A stretch of 64,000 bases of DNA. Origin: an uncultured Candidatus Saccharibacteria bacterium (GTDB lineage Bacteria; Patescibacteriota; UBA1384; CAYGGE01). The notes below the pieces were generated by a model. It saw only the letters and a list, made by a program, of their open reading frames with translations. It was not told where the DNA came from and did no database searches. Made by a program: the position numbers and the translations under genes. Location of the stretch: the NCBI GenBank assembly GCA_964349485.1, contig CAYGGE010000002.1, forward strand, positions 5,737-69,736, in the 5' to 3' direction. Below, one piece after another: positions 1 to 7,465 of the stretch. Position 1 is the stretch's first letter, and every line of letters begins with the position of its first letter.

Positions 1-525
1 CGTCTCAAAAGTGGGGGAACGCTGTACTATAACGATCTGCGGAAGTTTGGCTGGCATAAAGTTGTCGATACGGTGACGATCGCTGACGAACTTGGTCAAG
101 AGTTTGCGGGTGTTGATGCCGCCAGTCCGGCATTTACCCTAGAGTATTTTCGAGAGTTCATAATCAAACGGCCGAATGTCCCGATCAAGATGACGATCCT
201 TGAGCAACGCTATATTGCGGGTTTAGGTAATATCTATGCCGCTGAGGCCTTGTGGCACGCTAAAGTTCGACCCGACCGTATGGTAAAGACACTAACCAAA
301 AAGGAACAAGAGGCGGTTTACAAGGGAATTGTACATGTGATCGATCTCTCGCTGAAAAATGGCGGCTCAAGCTTCAACAGTTACATCGATGTAGCGGGCA
401 AGCAGGGGAATTTCTTGCAGTACGCACAGGTGTACAAGAAGGACAATGATTCACTAGGTCACAAAGTTGAGCGCATCAAACAAGGCGGCCGAACCACTCA
501 TTTCTGTCCTGTCTGCCAAAAATAA
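1..525 (+). CDS. mutM: Formamidopyrimidine-DNA glycosylase (Fpg/MutM), C-terminal part. The gene starts upstream of the window.
   Basis: The frame is open from base 1 (RLKSGGTLYYNDLRKFG...). H2TH motif GNIYAAEALWHAKVRP. C-terminal zinc finger ...CPVCQK. Confidence 0.8.
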   Translation, partial: RLKSGGTLYYNDLRKFGWHKVVDTVTIADELGQEFAGVDAASPAFTLEYFREFIIKRPNVPIKMTILEQRYIAGLGNIYAAEALWHAKVRPDRMVKTLTKKEQEAVYKGIVHVIDLSLKNGGSSFNSYIDVAGKQGNFLQYAQVYKKDNDSLGHKVERIKQGGRTTHFCPVCQK

Positions 526-712
526 ACGAGAACCATCATATGAATTATCAAACTACTTGACAGCGAAAATGTACATTGTTAGTATTAATTTAATGATTAC
601 CTTATTTGTTAGCCTCACGCTCATTGCCTTGACCCTCGTCCTTCGACAGGCGGGCAGTGCTTTGGTTAGCGTCAGGATACAATAATCCGATAAGCAACCA
701 GATGAGTAACAG

Positions 713-743
713 CCCGCCCTATAAGAAGGAGCGGGATTTTTTT
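713..743 (+). terminator. Putative intrinsic terminator after fpg
   Basis: CCCGCC...GCGGG stem followed by ATTTTTTT. Confidence 0.4.
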
Positions 744-968
744 GAGGCATAATGCAAATTAACAATCCGATAAAGAAGGGCTGCCAATTACTTTCTCGCA
801 ATAGAAGGTAACTGGCAGTCCTCCTTCCATCATCATAAAATCGAGGGCTGTAAACCTACGTGCTAGGAACGAGAACACCACTCTAATCCTAATTGCTTTG
901 CTACCAATAAGGCAAACCAGAGGGCTGCTCACCCACGAGGTGTGTTGTATGAGGTCACGTAGGTATCC

Positions 969-1042
969 AAGGCGGTAGATCTAACGGGAAAGGTCCTAGA
1001 GTTGAGGGCTCTAGTATGAAGGTTCGAATCCTTCCCGCCTTA
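969..1042 (+). tRNA. tRNA-like gene with a full cloverleaf and anticodon GAG (Leu-type anticodon). It is atypical: class I (4-nt variable region), A1:U72 and U14.
   Basis: Acceptor AAGGCGG/CCGCCTT. D-arm GATC/GGTC with GG in the loop. Anticodon stem TAGAG/CTCTA, loop TTGAGGG. T-arm GAAGG-TTCGAAT-CCTTC. Discriminator A. Confidence 0.5.
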
Positions 1043-1062
1043 TGACCGGTGGTCAGTAATCG

Positions 1063-1094
1063 GGGGAGCAAGTTGCTCCCCCGAAGGACTTTTC
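1063..1094 (+). terminator. Intrinsic terminator downstream of the tRNA-like gene
   Basis: GGGGAGCA-AGT-TGCTCCCC hairpin, then GAAGGACTTTT. Confidence 0.55.
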
Positions 1095-1124
1095 CACAAG
1101 AGTGGTTTGACAGGTTGGTATAAT

Positions 1125-1300
1125 CGCGGTAATATTATTTGTATGATTCTAGCAATGTCACTACAAGTTTCACTCTACGTTAAGCACGCCTTCGTTCTCC
1201 CAAAATGGGACAGCGTGGCTTTAGTGGATGAAGGAGTGTAGTAACTTCGAGCAAACAGTTAAGACCACTAAGGCCCGCAGATCGAAGCGGGATTTTTGTT
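1125..1300 (+). ncRNA. Candidate small RNA of unknown family, bounded by an extended -10 promoter (TGgTATAAT 1116-1124) and a terminator (1274-1300)
   Basis: TGGTATAAT element. CCCGC-AGATCGAA-GCGGG hairpin plus TTTTTGTT. Only a 32-codon ORF with no RBS inside. Confidence 0.3.
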
Positions 1301-1326
1301 GGTTGAACGTTAAAATTGTCTTCATC

Positions 1327-1398
1327 GGAGTGTAGCTCAGAGGTAGAGCATTGCGACTGGGACGCAACGGTCGTCGGTTCAATTCCGACCACTCCGAC
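1327..1398 (+). tRNA. tRNA-Pro (anticodon TGG)
   Basis: Cloverleaf CGGAGTG/CACTCCG acceptor, anticodon loop ACTGGGA with G37, T-loop TTCAATT. C33 is unusual. The overlapping six-frame ORFs are spurious. Confidence 0.75.
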
Positions 1399-1481
1399 TT
1401 GGGCTTGCGGCAGCCTTGGCAACCTCTCGCAAGAGAGCGACCAAAAGTCGTGATATCGTTCGATAGAAAAAGGAGAATAAA

Positions 1482-1866
1482 AGTGGGGCAAGTGTACGCA
1501 GTCCGTCTCGCCAAACGCGAGAAGAGGGATCTTAAACACGATCCCTCAGGTCTGCTCCCAATCCTCTGCCGGGAGCTTGGCGTAGAGACGGCTCGGACGT
1601 TGAATGAGGAGCCGGGCATATTGCTCGGCTTCCCAGTAGGCCAGATCATCGGGTATGCCCGAAGGGGTGACGAGATGATCTTCCGGATCGGTCAAGATGA
1701 GGTTTGGCTTGATAGCCAGATACAGTTCTACTGCGAAAGTGGTACGGAATTGTTTTCCTCAGTCCAGGGCGAACATCCGGCAGACATGGTGGTGAACCGC
1801 CAGCAATTGGCGGGAATCCTGTTACGGGTCCACACCTTACAGGTGACCATCAACGAGCCAGCGTAG
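1482..1866 (+). CDS. Hypothetical protein. The start is assumed at a GTG downstream of the tRNA.
   Basis: An RBS AAAGGAG precedes the GTG at 1482. The frame stays open to 1866. The longer ORF in the six-frame track overlaps the tRNA and is unlikely to be real. Confidence 0.4.
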
Positions 1867-1985
1867 GACTCACACAACCGAATAGCGGTTTCACAGCGCC
1901 GGGGCAGTTTGTCCCGGCGCTTACCGTATTATGCTAATCGATCAAGAGGGTTGCTCAAGGTAATAGAATAAGCTATTATGACCCC

Positions 1986-2726
1986 ATGGAAAATATTTAT
2001 GCTATTATTCTAGCCGCCGGTAAAGGGACGCGCATGAACAGCGAGGCTTTGCCTAAGGTTCTCTTTCCACTTGGTCGGCAAACCATGCTCGAGCACGCTT
2101 TGGCGCCCATTCACGCCTTCGGGATTGAGAAGCCGGTGATTATCATCGGTTTTTTGGGTCATCTAGTCAAAGAGAAACTTGGTCCGGCCTATGTCTATGT
2201 AAACCAAGAACAACAACTTGGCACCGCCCATGCTGTGCTGATGGCCAGACCCGTACTTGAGGGTAAGAAAGGCTGTACAATCATCGTCACTGGCGACCAC
2301 CCATTCTTCAAAGTTGAGACTTTACAACGCTTAACCGATGCAGTACTAGTTAAGGGTGCCACTATCAGCGTGTTGACAATCCAAAGTGCTGAACCAGAGT
2401 TTGACGCCTTCGGTCGCGTAATTACCGATAATGATGGTCATGTATTGCGGATCGTTGAGAAAAAAGATGCTAACCCCGAAGAACTATCGGCATCGTTACG
2501 CAATCTCAGTGCATATGCAGTTGATAATAGTTGGCTATGGCCGGTGCTTGAACGGATTGAAAAGAGCCCAGTGAGTGGTGAATATTATCTAACAGATATT
2601 GTCGGCGAAGCGGTTCGTGAAGGCAAAAAAGTCTTTGCTGTTCCAATAACTGATCCAGCCGAAGCTTTAGGCATTAATACACCAGAACACTTAGCTGAAG
2701 CGGAGCAAATTCTGGCTAGACAGTAG
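1986..2726 (+). CDS. Sugar-1-phosphate nucleotidyltransferase, GlmU N-terminal-domain-like (UDP-GlcNAc pyrophosphorylase). No acetyltransferase domain.
   Basis: LAAGKGTRM and QQLGTAHAV motifs. 246 aa. Confidence 0.75.
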   Translation: MENIYAIILAAGKGTRMNSEALPKVLFPLGRQTMLEHALAPIHAFGIEKPVIIIGFLGHLVKEKLGPAYVYVNQEQQLGTAHAVLMARPVLEGKKGCTIIVTGDHPFFKVETLQRLTDAVLVKGATISVLTIQSAEPEFDAFGRVITDNDGHVLRIVEKKDANPEELSASLRNLSAYAVDNSWLWPVLERIEKSPVSGEYYLTDIVGEAVREGKKVFAVPITDPAEALGINTPEHLAEAEQILARQ

Positions 2727-2740
2727 TTCGGCTATCAATC

Positions 2741-3499
2741 ATGCGTTCTATCAAAACTTCCGGTATCGTCATCAAACGAATCAATCTCGGTGAAGCAGAC
2801 CGACTGTTAACCATATACACGGCCGAAGTTGGGAAGGTTAGGGCGATAGCTAAAGGAAGTCGCCGAACACTCTCTAAGCTGGCTGGTCACCTCGAGCCAC
2901 TTTCATTAACAATCTTTGAACTACATGAAGGGAAAAGTTTTTTTGTGATTACCAGCGCTGATCTAGTGGCTGGTTTTATGGGGATTCAAAACGATCTCGA
3001 AAAGACAAGCCTTGCTTTTTATCTCCTTGAGATGGTCGATGTCTTAACGACCCATGATCATGCCCATGATGCCATCTTTGACTTACTTCGTGATGGTTTA
3101 ACCTTACTGGAGCAACCTGCAGAAACTGTGGGTACACGGTTATTTGTGGTGGCATTTATGTTGAAATTACTGGCCGAAGTTGGCTATCTGCCTGAACTCT
3201 CTCGGTGTGTAAATTGCCAGAAATCTTTGATGCCAGCAGGTAACTACTTTAGTCCGAGTCTGGGTGGGATTATCGATCCTTCATGTCGTCAAGAGGCTTC
3301 TGACCGACTTAAAGTGAGCTCAACAAGCATCAAAGCGATGCGTTTGTTCCTTAGCAGCTCCCTGTCTGTTGTATACCGCTGTACACTTTCTCCTGAAGTC
3401 CTCGATGAGCTCGAGTATATCATCGAAAGTAATTTGCAATATCATGTCGGTCGTGAATTGTACTCTAAGACATTTGTTATGAAAATTGCCAATGGTTAA
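2741..3499 (+). CDS. recO: DNA repair protein RecO
   Basis: N-terminal OB-fold motif LGEADRLLTIYTAEVGKVRAIAKGSRR. C-terminal Cys motif CVNCQK... Confidence 0.8.
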   Translation: MRSIKTSGIVIKRINLGEADRLLTIYTAEVGKVRAIAKGSRRTLSKLAGHLEPLSLTIFELHEGKSFFVITSADLVAGFMGIQNDLEKTSLAFYLLEMVDVLTTHDHAHDAIFDLLRDGLTLLEQPAETVGTRLFVVAFMLKLLAEVGYLPELSRCVNCQKSLMPAGNYFSPSLGGIIDPSCRQEASDRLKVSSTSIKAMRLFLSSSLSVVYRCTLSPEVLDELEYIIESNLQYHVGRELYSKTFVMKIANG

Positions 3500-3523
3500 A
3501 CAGGTACCTTAATTGGCTCTGAC

Positions 3524-3553
3524 TTGACTACTATCGGGTTCAAGGCGTATATT
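3524..3553 (+). promoter_or_regulatory. Sigma70-like promoter (TTGACT-N18-TATATT) for the 73-aa ORF
   Basis: Read directly from the sequence. Confidence 0.45.
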
Positions 3554-3579
3554 ACGGTCATCAAGGAGGTGCGAGAACG

Positions 3580-3801
3580 ATGTCTAAAAGTCGGAAGAAC
3601 CTGGCGATCAGAGTCGACGAGGTAGGAACAGTCACCGCTGGACGTCGCAAAAAGGAGAAACGAGTAGCCGACAATCGATATGCAGATTTCTCAAGAGCTA
3701 ATGAACATGATCCGTCGACAATTGTGCCCGACGAAGCGGGGATAGCGGCTTACAGGCCGCTGGACAGGAGTCGTCGACGCCCTGGTACGTGGCGTGGATG
3801 A
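3580..3801 (+). CDS. Small basic hypothetical protein (73 aa)
   Basis: Strong RBS AAGGAGGTG 7 nt upstream, and an upstream promoter-like element. Confidence 0.4.
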   Translation: MSKSRKNLAIRVDEVGTVTAGRRKKEKRVADNRYADFSRANEHDPSTIVPDEAGIAAYRPLDRSRRRPGTWRG

Positions 3802-3839
3802 GTTGACTATACAGCTAGTCAAACAAGCTGTAGGAGAAC

Positions 3840-4037
3840 GTGATGAAACTTCGATCGTGGATGGTACGGCTGGTTCGTCGTCTTTTTTGTAAACACGATG
3901 ACCACGTCGTCGAACGGTGGGTGGTTACCCCTTATAGCCAACAGTGGCACCGTGTGCATCACTGTGGAGCGTGTCAACGGTCATGGCAAGAGATCAGCTT
4001 TATCCCGCCGTCTAACTTGCCAAGCGAAGAACCGTAA
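3840..4037 (+). CDS. Small Cys/His-containing hypothetical protein (65 aa, H..C..C)
   Basis: RBS TAGGAGAA, then GTG-ATG. Confidence 0.3.
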   Translation: MMKLRSWMVRLVRRLFCKHDDHVVERWVVTPYSQQWHRVHHCGACQRSWQEISFIPPSNLPSEEP

Positions 4038-4343
4038 TGTCTCATATGTCGGTTGTTCAACCCAAAAGGGGAGCAGAGGTGTTCCAATGCTCCCCCGAAG
4101 GTACCCTTGCATCGACCAATACAAAAGCATATACTAGGTTTATGCCTGTGATAGCTTCTACTCAATTCGACACGAGTTTCTAATGGGGCCACGAGTTCCT
4201 CGTAAACTCTGCGTACCGGTTGAGTGGGAGCTAGTCTCGGCAAAAGATATATTGTAATTCTCTCCATATCATTGTACTATACAAGAGTTGACTGGCTTGC
4301 CCGGGACGTGGGTAAGCTTTTTTCGAAAAAAAAGGGGTTCCAG

Positions 4344-4472
4344 ATGAAGTACGTCACCTCCGGTTGTCGGATCCACGAGAAGGCCTGTCGTCCCAGTTTG
4401 CCCACCGGCAAACAGCGAAAGGTCATCAAGCCCCCGATGGTCCGAAACAAGGATGGCGGCTACAAGAAGTAG
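4344..4472 (+). CDS. Mini-ORF (42 aa) weakly resembling the C-terminal TGKQR motif of ribosomal protein bL31. Possible remnant.
   Basis: MKYVTSGCRIHEKACRPSLPTGKQRKV... A GGCGGCACCGG/CCGGTGCCGCC hairpin follows at 4513-4538. Confidence 0.2.
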   Translation: MKYVTSGCRIHEKACRPSLPTGKQRKVIKPPMVRNKDGGYKK

Positions 4473-4550
4473 CGTGAAGGCCGAGTAACGGCCACACGTT
4501 CACAGCGTTAGGGGCGGCACCGGATACCCGGTGCCGCCTTACTCGTCAGG

Positions 4551-4579
4551 TTGACAAACAGTCTAAAAACTGCTATACT
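4551..4579 (+). promoter_or_regulatory. Sigma70-like promoter TTGACA-N17-TATACT upstream of the CAP-domain gene
   Basis: Read directly from the sequence. Confidence 0.5.
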
Positions 4580-4609
4580 TATTAGAGTAAACCCGAACAA
4601 AGAGCGAAT

Positions 4610-5266
4610 ATGATCCCGTGCCTAACCGGCAGGGGAATTTTTATATCGGAAATTACAAAAACTATGATCAACACTCAAACTCTACAATTTACCGACCAAC
4701 TGACGAAGATCCAGGAGAAAGCTCTGTTGGTGCTTTTAGTTATCCCGCTTGCCGTTTCGATCATTAACGCGACCTATTTAGTTCGTCCGGCCCAAGCTTT
4801 TGAAACGGCCAATCCTATTGAGGAACGACTGATTGACTTAACCAATGCCGAACGGGGACGTATTGGGCTACGAGCTTTAACCTTCAACTCAAAATTATCT
4901 ATCGCGGCCGAACAAAAGGCCACCGACATGTTAGCTAAGGGCTATTTCGATCACCAATCACCTGATGGCCGAGCACCTTGGGATTTCATTGAGAGTACTG
5001 GCTATATTTATCTCAAAGCTGGGGAGAACTTAGCCATCGACTTCCCGGAACTTAGTGAGGTTGTTCCTGCATGGATGGCTAGCCCAACCCACAAAGCCAA
5101 CATTGTCAAACCTGATTATGAAGAGATTGGTATTGCTCATGTACAAGGTAACTTTAATGGTCGCCAAACCACGGTTATTGTTCAAATGTTCGGTACCAAA
5201 CCAGTGACTACTGAGAAAGTGCTCAAAGCACTCGCTGAATCAATTAGTTCTCCCTTACCGTTCTAA
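4610..5266 (+). CDS. CAP/SCP (YkwD-like) domain secreted protein
   Basis: N-terminal hydrophobic segment. CAP motifs LTNAERGR...GYFDHQSPDG...GENLA...W.ASPTHKANI. Confidence 0.7.
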   Translation: MIPCLTGRGIFISEITKTMINTQTLQFTDQLTKIQEKALLVLLVIPLAVSIINATYLVRPAQAFETANPIEERLIDLTNAERGRIGLRALTFNSKLSIAAEQKATDMLAKGYFDHQSPDGRAPWDFIESTGYIYLKAGENLAIDFPELSEVVPAWMASPTHKANIVKPDYEEIGIAHVQGNFNGRQTTVIVQMFGTKPVTTEKVLKALAESISSPLPF

Positions 5267-5305
5267 CTGGTTGTACCTCGTAAGTTCTATGGTTACTAAC
5301 GAGAA

Positions 5306-5341
5306 AACCAGTTAACCAGACAACTAGTGAACTAGACAACC
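5306..5341 (+). repeat. Copy of a dispersed CTAG-containing intergenic motif (AACCAGACAACTAG / CTAGACAACC)
   Basis: Related copies at 8812-8865 and 45939-46001. Confidence 0.4.
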
Positions 5342-5387
5342 ACTCCCGGCTCTTTAAAATTACCCAATGTATCTATAGAATGGACTC

Positions 5388-6803
5388 ATGTCACTAACCT
5401 CTCTTGATCCCATTATCAATTTAGCCAAACGTCGTGGCTTTGTTTTCCCTTCCGCCGAGATTTATGGCGGGACTGGTGGAATTTGGGATTATGGGCCACT
5501 TGGGGTGTTACTCAAAAATAATATCAAAAATGAGTGGTGGAAAGCGGTGATACAGCGACGCTCGGATATGGTACCACTCGATTCGGCGATCATTACCAAG
5601 CACGATGTTCTCAAGGCCTCAGGTCATGTCGATACATTTACCGATCCTTTAGTAGAGTGCAAAAACTGCCACACGCGATACCGTGCTGATAAGCCACCGT
5701 TCGACTTGCCAGGCAATGTGTCTGAAAAAGATGTCGATGCAGTCGCAAAGATTACCAGTATCAATTGCCAGCACTGTGGTAAGAGCGTCTGGACGCCACC
5801 GCGTCGGTTTAACATGATGTTTAAAACGAACTTGGGACCAGTCGATAGTGAAGAGGCGATAGTCTATTTGCGACCGGAGACTGCTCAAGGGATATTCACC
5901 AATTTCAAAAATATCCTTGAAGTTAGCCGAAAGAAACTACCATTTGGTATCGCCCAGATCGGTAAGGCTTTTCGCAATGAGATCCAGACCGGGAACTTCA
6001 TCTTTCGAGACAGGGAATTTGAGCAGATGGAGATTGAGTATTTTGTGGCCCCTGAGGACTCGATACGGGCCCACGAGGCGTGGGTAGGGGAGAGGGAGAA
6101 CTGGTACCTAGATCTCGGTATGAAAAAAGACAACATTCGGATTCGCGAGCACGAGGAACATGAACGGGCCCATTATGCCAAATCAGCGTCGGATATAGAG
6201 TACAATTTCCCAGGCATTGGCTTCTCTGAACTCGAAGGTATCGCCAATCGGGGAGACTACGATCTCATGGCTCATCAGATGGCTTCAGGTAGAGAGATGA
6301 CCTATTTTGATGACACAACGGGCGATAAATTTGTGCCATACGTGATTGAACCGTCGGCTGGCTTAGATCGTGCCGTGTTAGCATTTCTTTGTGATGCATA
6401 TACCGAGTATCCGGATGGGCGGCAGGGGAGCTCGGAAAATTCGCCATCCGAAGTAGGTAATCCAAAAGATCAAAACGAATCCGAAACGGTACTTCATTTG
6501 CATCCTAAACTGGCTCCATATAAAGTCGCGATTCTTCCGCTCATGAAAAAAGAGGGCATGGCCGAGCTGGCTTTGTCGGTGGCCCAGGATTTACGTCAGT
6601 CATTTACAGTTACATATGACGAATCAGCCTCAATCGGGCGACGGTATAGGAGACAGGATGAGATTGGCACGCCCTGGTGTGTGACGATCGATTTTGATTC
6701 CCTTGCTGATCAGACGGTGACGATTCGTGATCGAGACACCATGGCTCAACGACGGGTGGCAATCAAAGAACTGGAAACAGTTATTCGTTCACTGTTGACT
6801 TGA
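5388..6803 (+). CDS. glyQS: Glycyl-tRNA synthetase (class II, GlyQS type)
   Basis: GGTGGIWDYGPLG, FRNEIQTGNFIFRDREFEQMEIEYF (motif 2) and a C-terminal anticodon-binding domain. Confidence 0.9.
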   Translation: MSLTSLDPIINLAKRRGFVFPSAEIYGGTGGIWDYGPLGVLLKNNIKNEWWKAVIQRRSDMVPLDSAIITKHDVLKASGHVDTFTDPLVECKNCHTRYRADKPPFDLPGNVSEKDVDAVAKITSINCQHCGKSVWTPPRRFNMMFKTNLGPVDSEEAIVYLRPETAQGIFTNFKNILEVSRKKLPFGIAQIGKAFRNEIQTGNFIFRDREFEQMEIEYFVAPEDSIRAHEAWVGERENWYLDLGMKKDNIRIREHEEHERAHYAKSASDIEYNFPGIGFSELEGIANRGDYDLMAHQMASGREMTYFDDTTGDKFVPYVIEPSAGLDRAVLAFLCDAYTEYPDGRQGSSENSPSEVGNPKDQNESETVLHLHPKLAPYKVAILPLMKKEGMAELALSVAQDLRQSFTVTYDESASIGRRYRRQDEIGTPWCVTIDFDSLADQTVTIRDRDTMAQRRVAIKELETVIRSLLT

Positions 6804-6830
6804 ATAATCAATAGAAATGTATGAAACGAC

Positions 6831-6859
6831 TTTACAATAGTCAGCCAATAGGCTATAAT
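6831..6859 (+). promoter_or_regulatory. Near-consensus sigma70 promoter TTTACA-N17-TATAAT immediately downstream of glyQS
   Basis: Read directly from the sequence. Confidence 0.45.
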
Positions 6860-6888
6860 CATCAACACATTCCCTAATTTGGGTCTGT

Positions 6889-6930
6889 CCAAGGGAGGTC
6901 CTGCGGAGGGTGTCTTCCTTGGTTTTTTTC
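6889..6930 (+). terminator. Hairpin CCAAGGGAGG...CTTCCTTGG followed by TTTTTTTCTT. It is either the glyQS terminator or a leader attenuator.
   Basis: Read directly from the sequence. Confidence 0.5.
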
Positions 6931-7340
6931 TTAGACGTCCAGCCTGTGACAAGGTTGGCCGGCGGGGTGTTGAGCTCGTATGCATCCGCTTGCGAACTGA
7001 GCTTCACCCAAGGCCCGCACCTGGGTAGGTTGAGAATTGCACACCCTTTAGCCGTACTCCGGGGTGTTGCAAGGTGTAAACCCCTAGGTGCGGGCACGCA
7101 TTGACGCCGTTCGTTCGATGCGCCTTCATTGAGCAAACTCATGATTAGGCGATTATGCCATCGAACGACGACGGACACGCACTGACGGTAATCGGTGCGT
7201 TACCCTGAAGATTCCAGCTTGTGCGCCCCTCGCCAGCGAGCAGGGTTGAAGCGCGGCAGTCGAGTCAACGGGGTCCGTTTTCGGATCAATTGATCCAAGC
7301 TTAGCGCTCGTGTCACTGACACGAGCGTTCTGCGTTTTTA
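6931..7340 (+). ncRNA. GC-rich, highly structured non-coding segment (candidate ~400 nt RNA, family unknown) ending in a strong intrinsic terminator
   Basis: No credible ORF. Several long complementary helices: GCCCGCACCT/AGGTGCGGGC, TCGTTCGATG/CATCGAACGA, ACGCAC/GTGCGT, CCCTG/CAGGG. A 10-bp perfect hairpin CGCTCGTGTC-ACT-GACACGAGCG is followed by TTCTGCGTTTTT at 7305-7340. Confidence 0.4.
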
Positions 7341-7354
7341 GTGGAGTTATCCCC

Positions 7355-7383
7355 TTGACGGTGGATGACTGGTGGGATATTAT
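7355..7383 (+). promoter_or_regulatory. mraZ/dcw operon promoter TTGACG-N17-TATTAT
   Basis: Read directly from the sequence. Confidence 0.55.
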
Positions 7384-7430
7384 TATCTTGTAGTGGAAGG
7401 AAGTGGGGAAAAGTGGAAGAGACTGTGGAT
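7361..7430 (+). promoter_or_regulatory. Array of GTGG(G/A)N direct repeats at ~10 bp periodicity. Putative MraZ operator.
   Basis: GTGGAT 7361, GTGGGA 7372, GTGGAA 7393, GTGGGG 7403, GTGGAA 7413, GTGGAT 7425. Confidence 0.45.
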
Positions 7431-7465
7431 AATATTACCTATCTATCTTGGAGTGATGAACAGCG

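Noticed and set aside
553-801. ORFs 553-801(-) and 467-685(+), including a 40-codon hydrophobic peptide
   Set aside because: No RBS or promoter support. They overlap a putative fpg terminator. The translations are low-complexity.
560-1055. tmRNA (ssrA) in the ~500-nt non-coding stretch after fpg
   Set aside because: The 3' element folds as a complete tRNA cloverleaf, including an anticodon arm. Its acceptor pairs locally (969-975 with 1035-1041). No resume-codon/ALAA-type tag frame or 5' GGGG...GGAUUCGACGGG-like start was found.
1107-1124. Full -35/-10 promoter TTGACA...TATAAT upstream of the sRNA candidate
   Set aside because: TTGACA (1107-1112) and TATAAT (1119-1124) are only 6 nt apart. 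Only the extended -10 (TGgTATAAT) is credible.
1180-1649. Minus-strand ORFs 1180-1539 and 1221-1649, and the 5' part of plus ORF 1351-1866
   Set aside because: They overlap the tRNA-Pro gene and the sRNA candidate. They have no RBS and low-complexity translations.
6746-7178. ORFs 6746-6985(-), 6789-7178(-) and 6910-7104(+) across the GC-rich segment
   Set aside because: No RBS. They run into the glyQS 3' end or lie within strong RNA helices. The region is better explained as structured RNA.
6931-7340. RNase P RNA, tmRNA or SRP identity for the GC-rich structured region
   Set aside because: P4-type GGAAAGUCCGG / ACAGAACCCGGCUUA elements, SRP domain IV and tmRNA TLD features were not recognisable by eye. 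It is left as unclassified.
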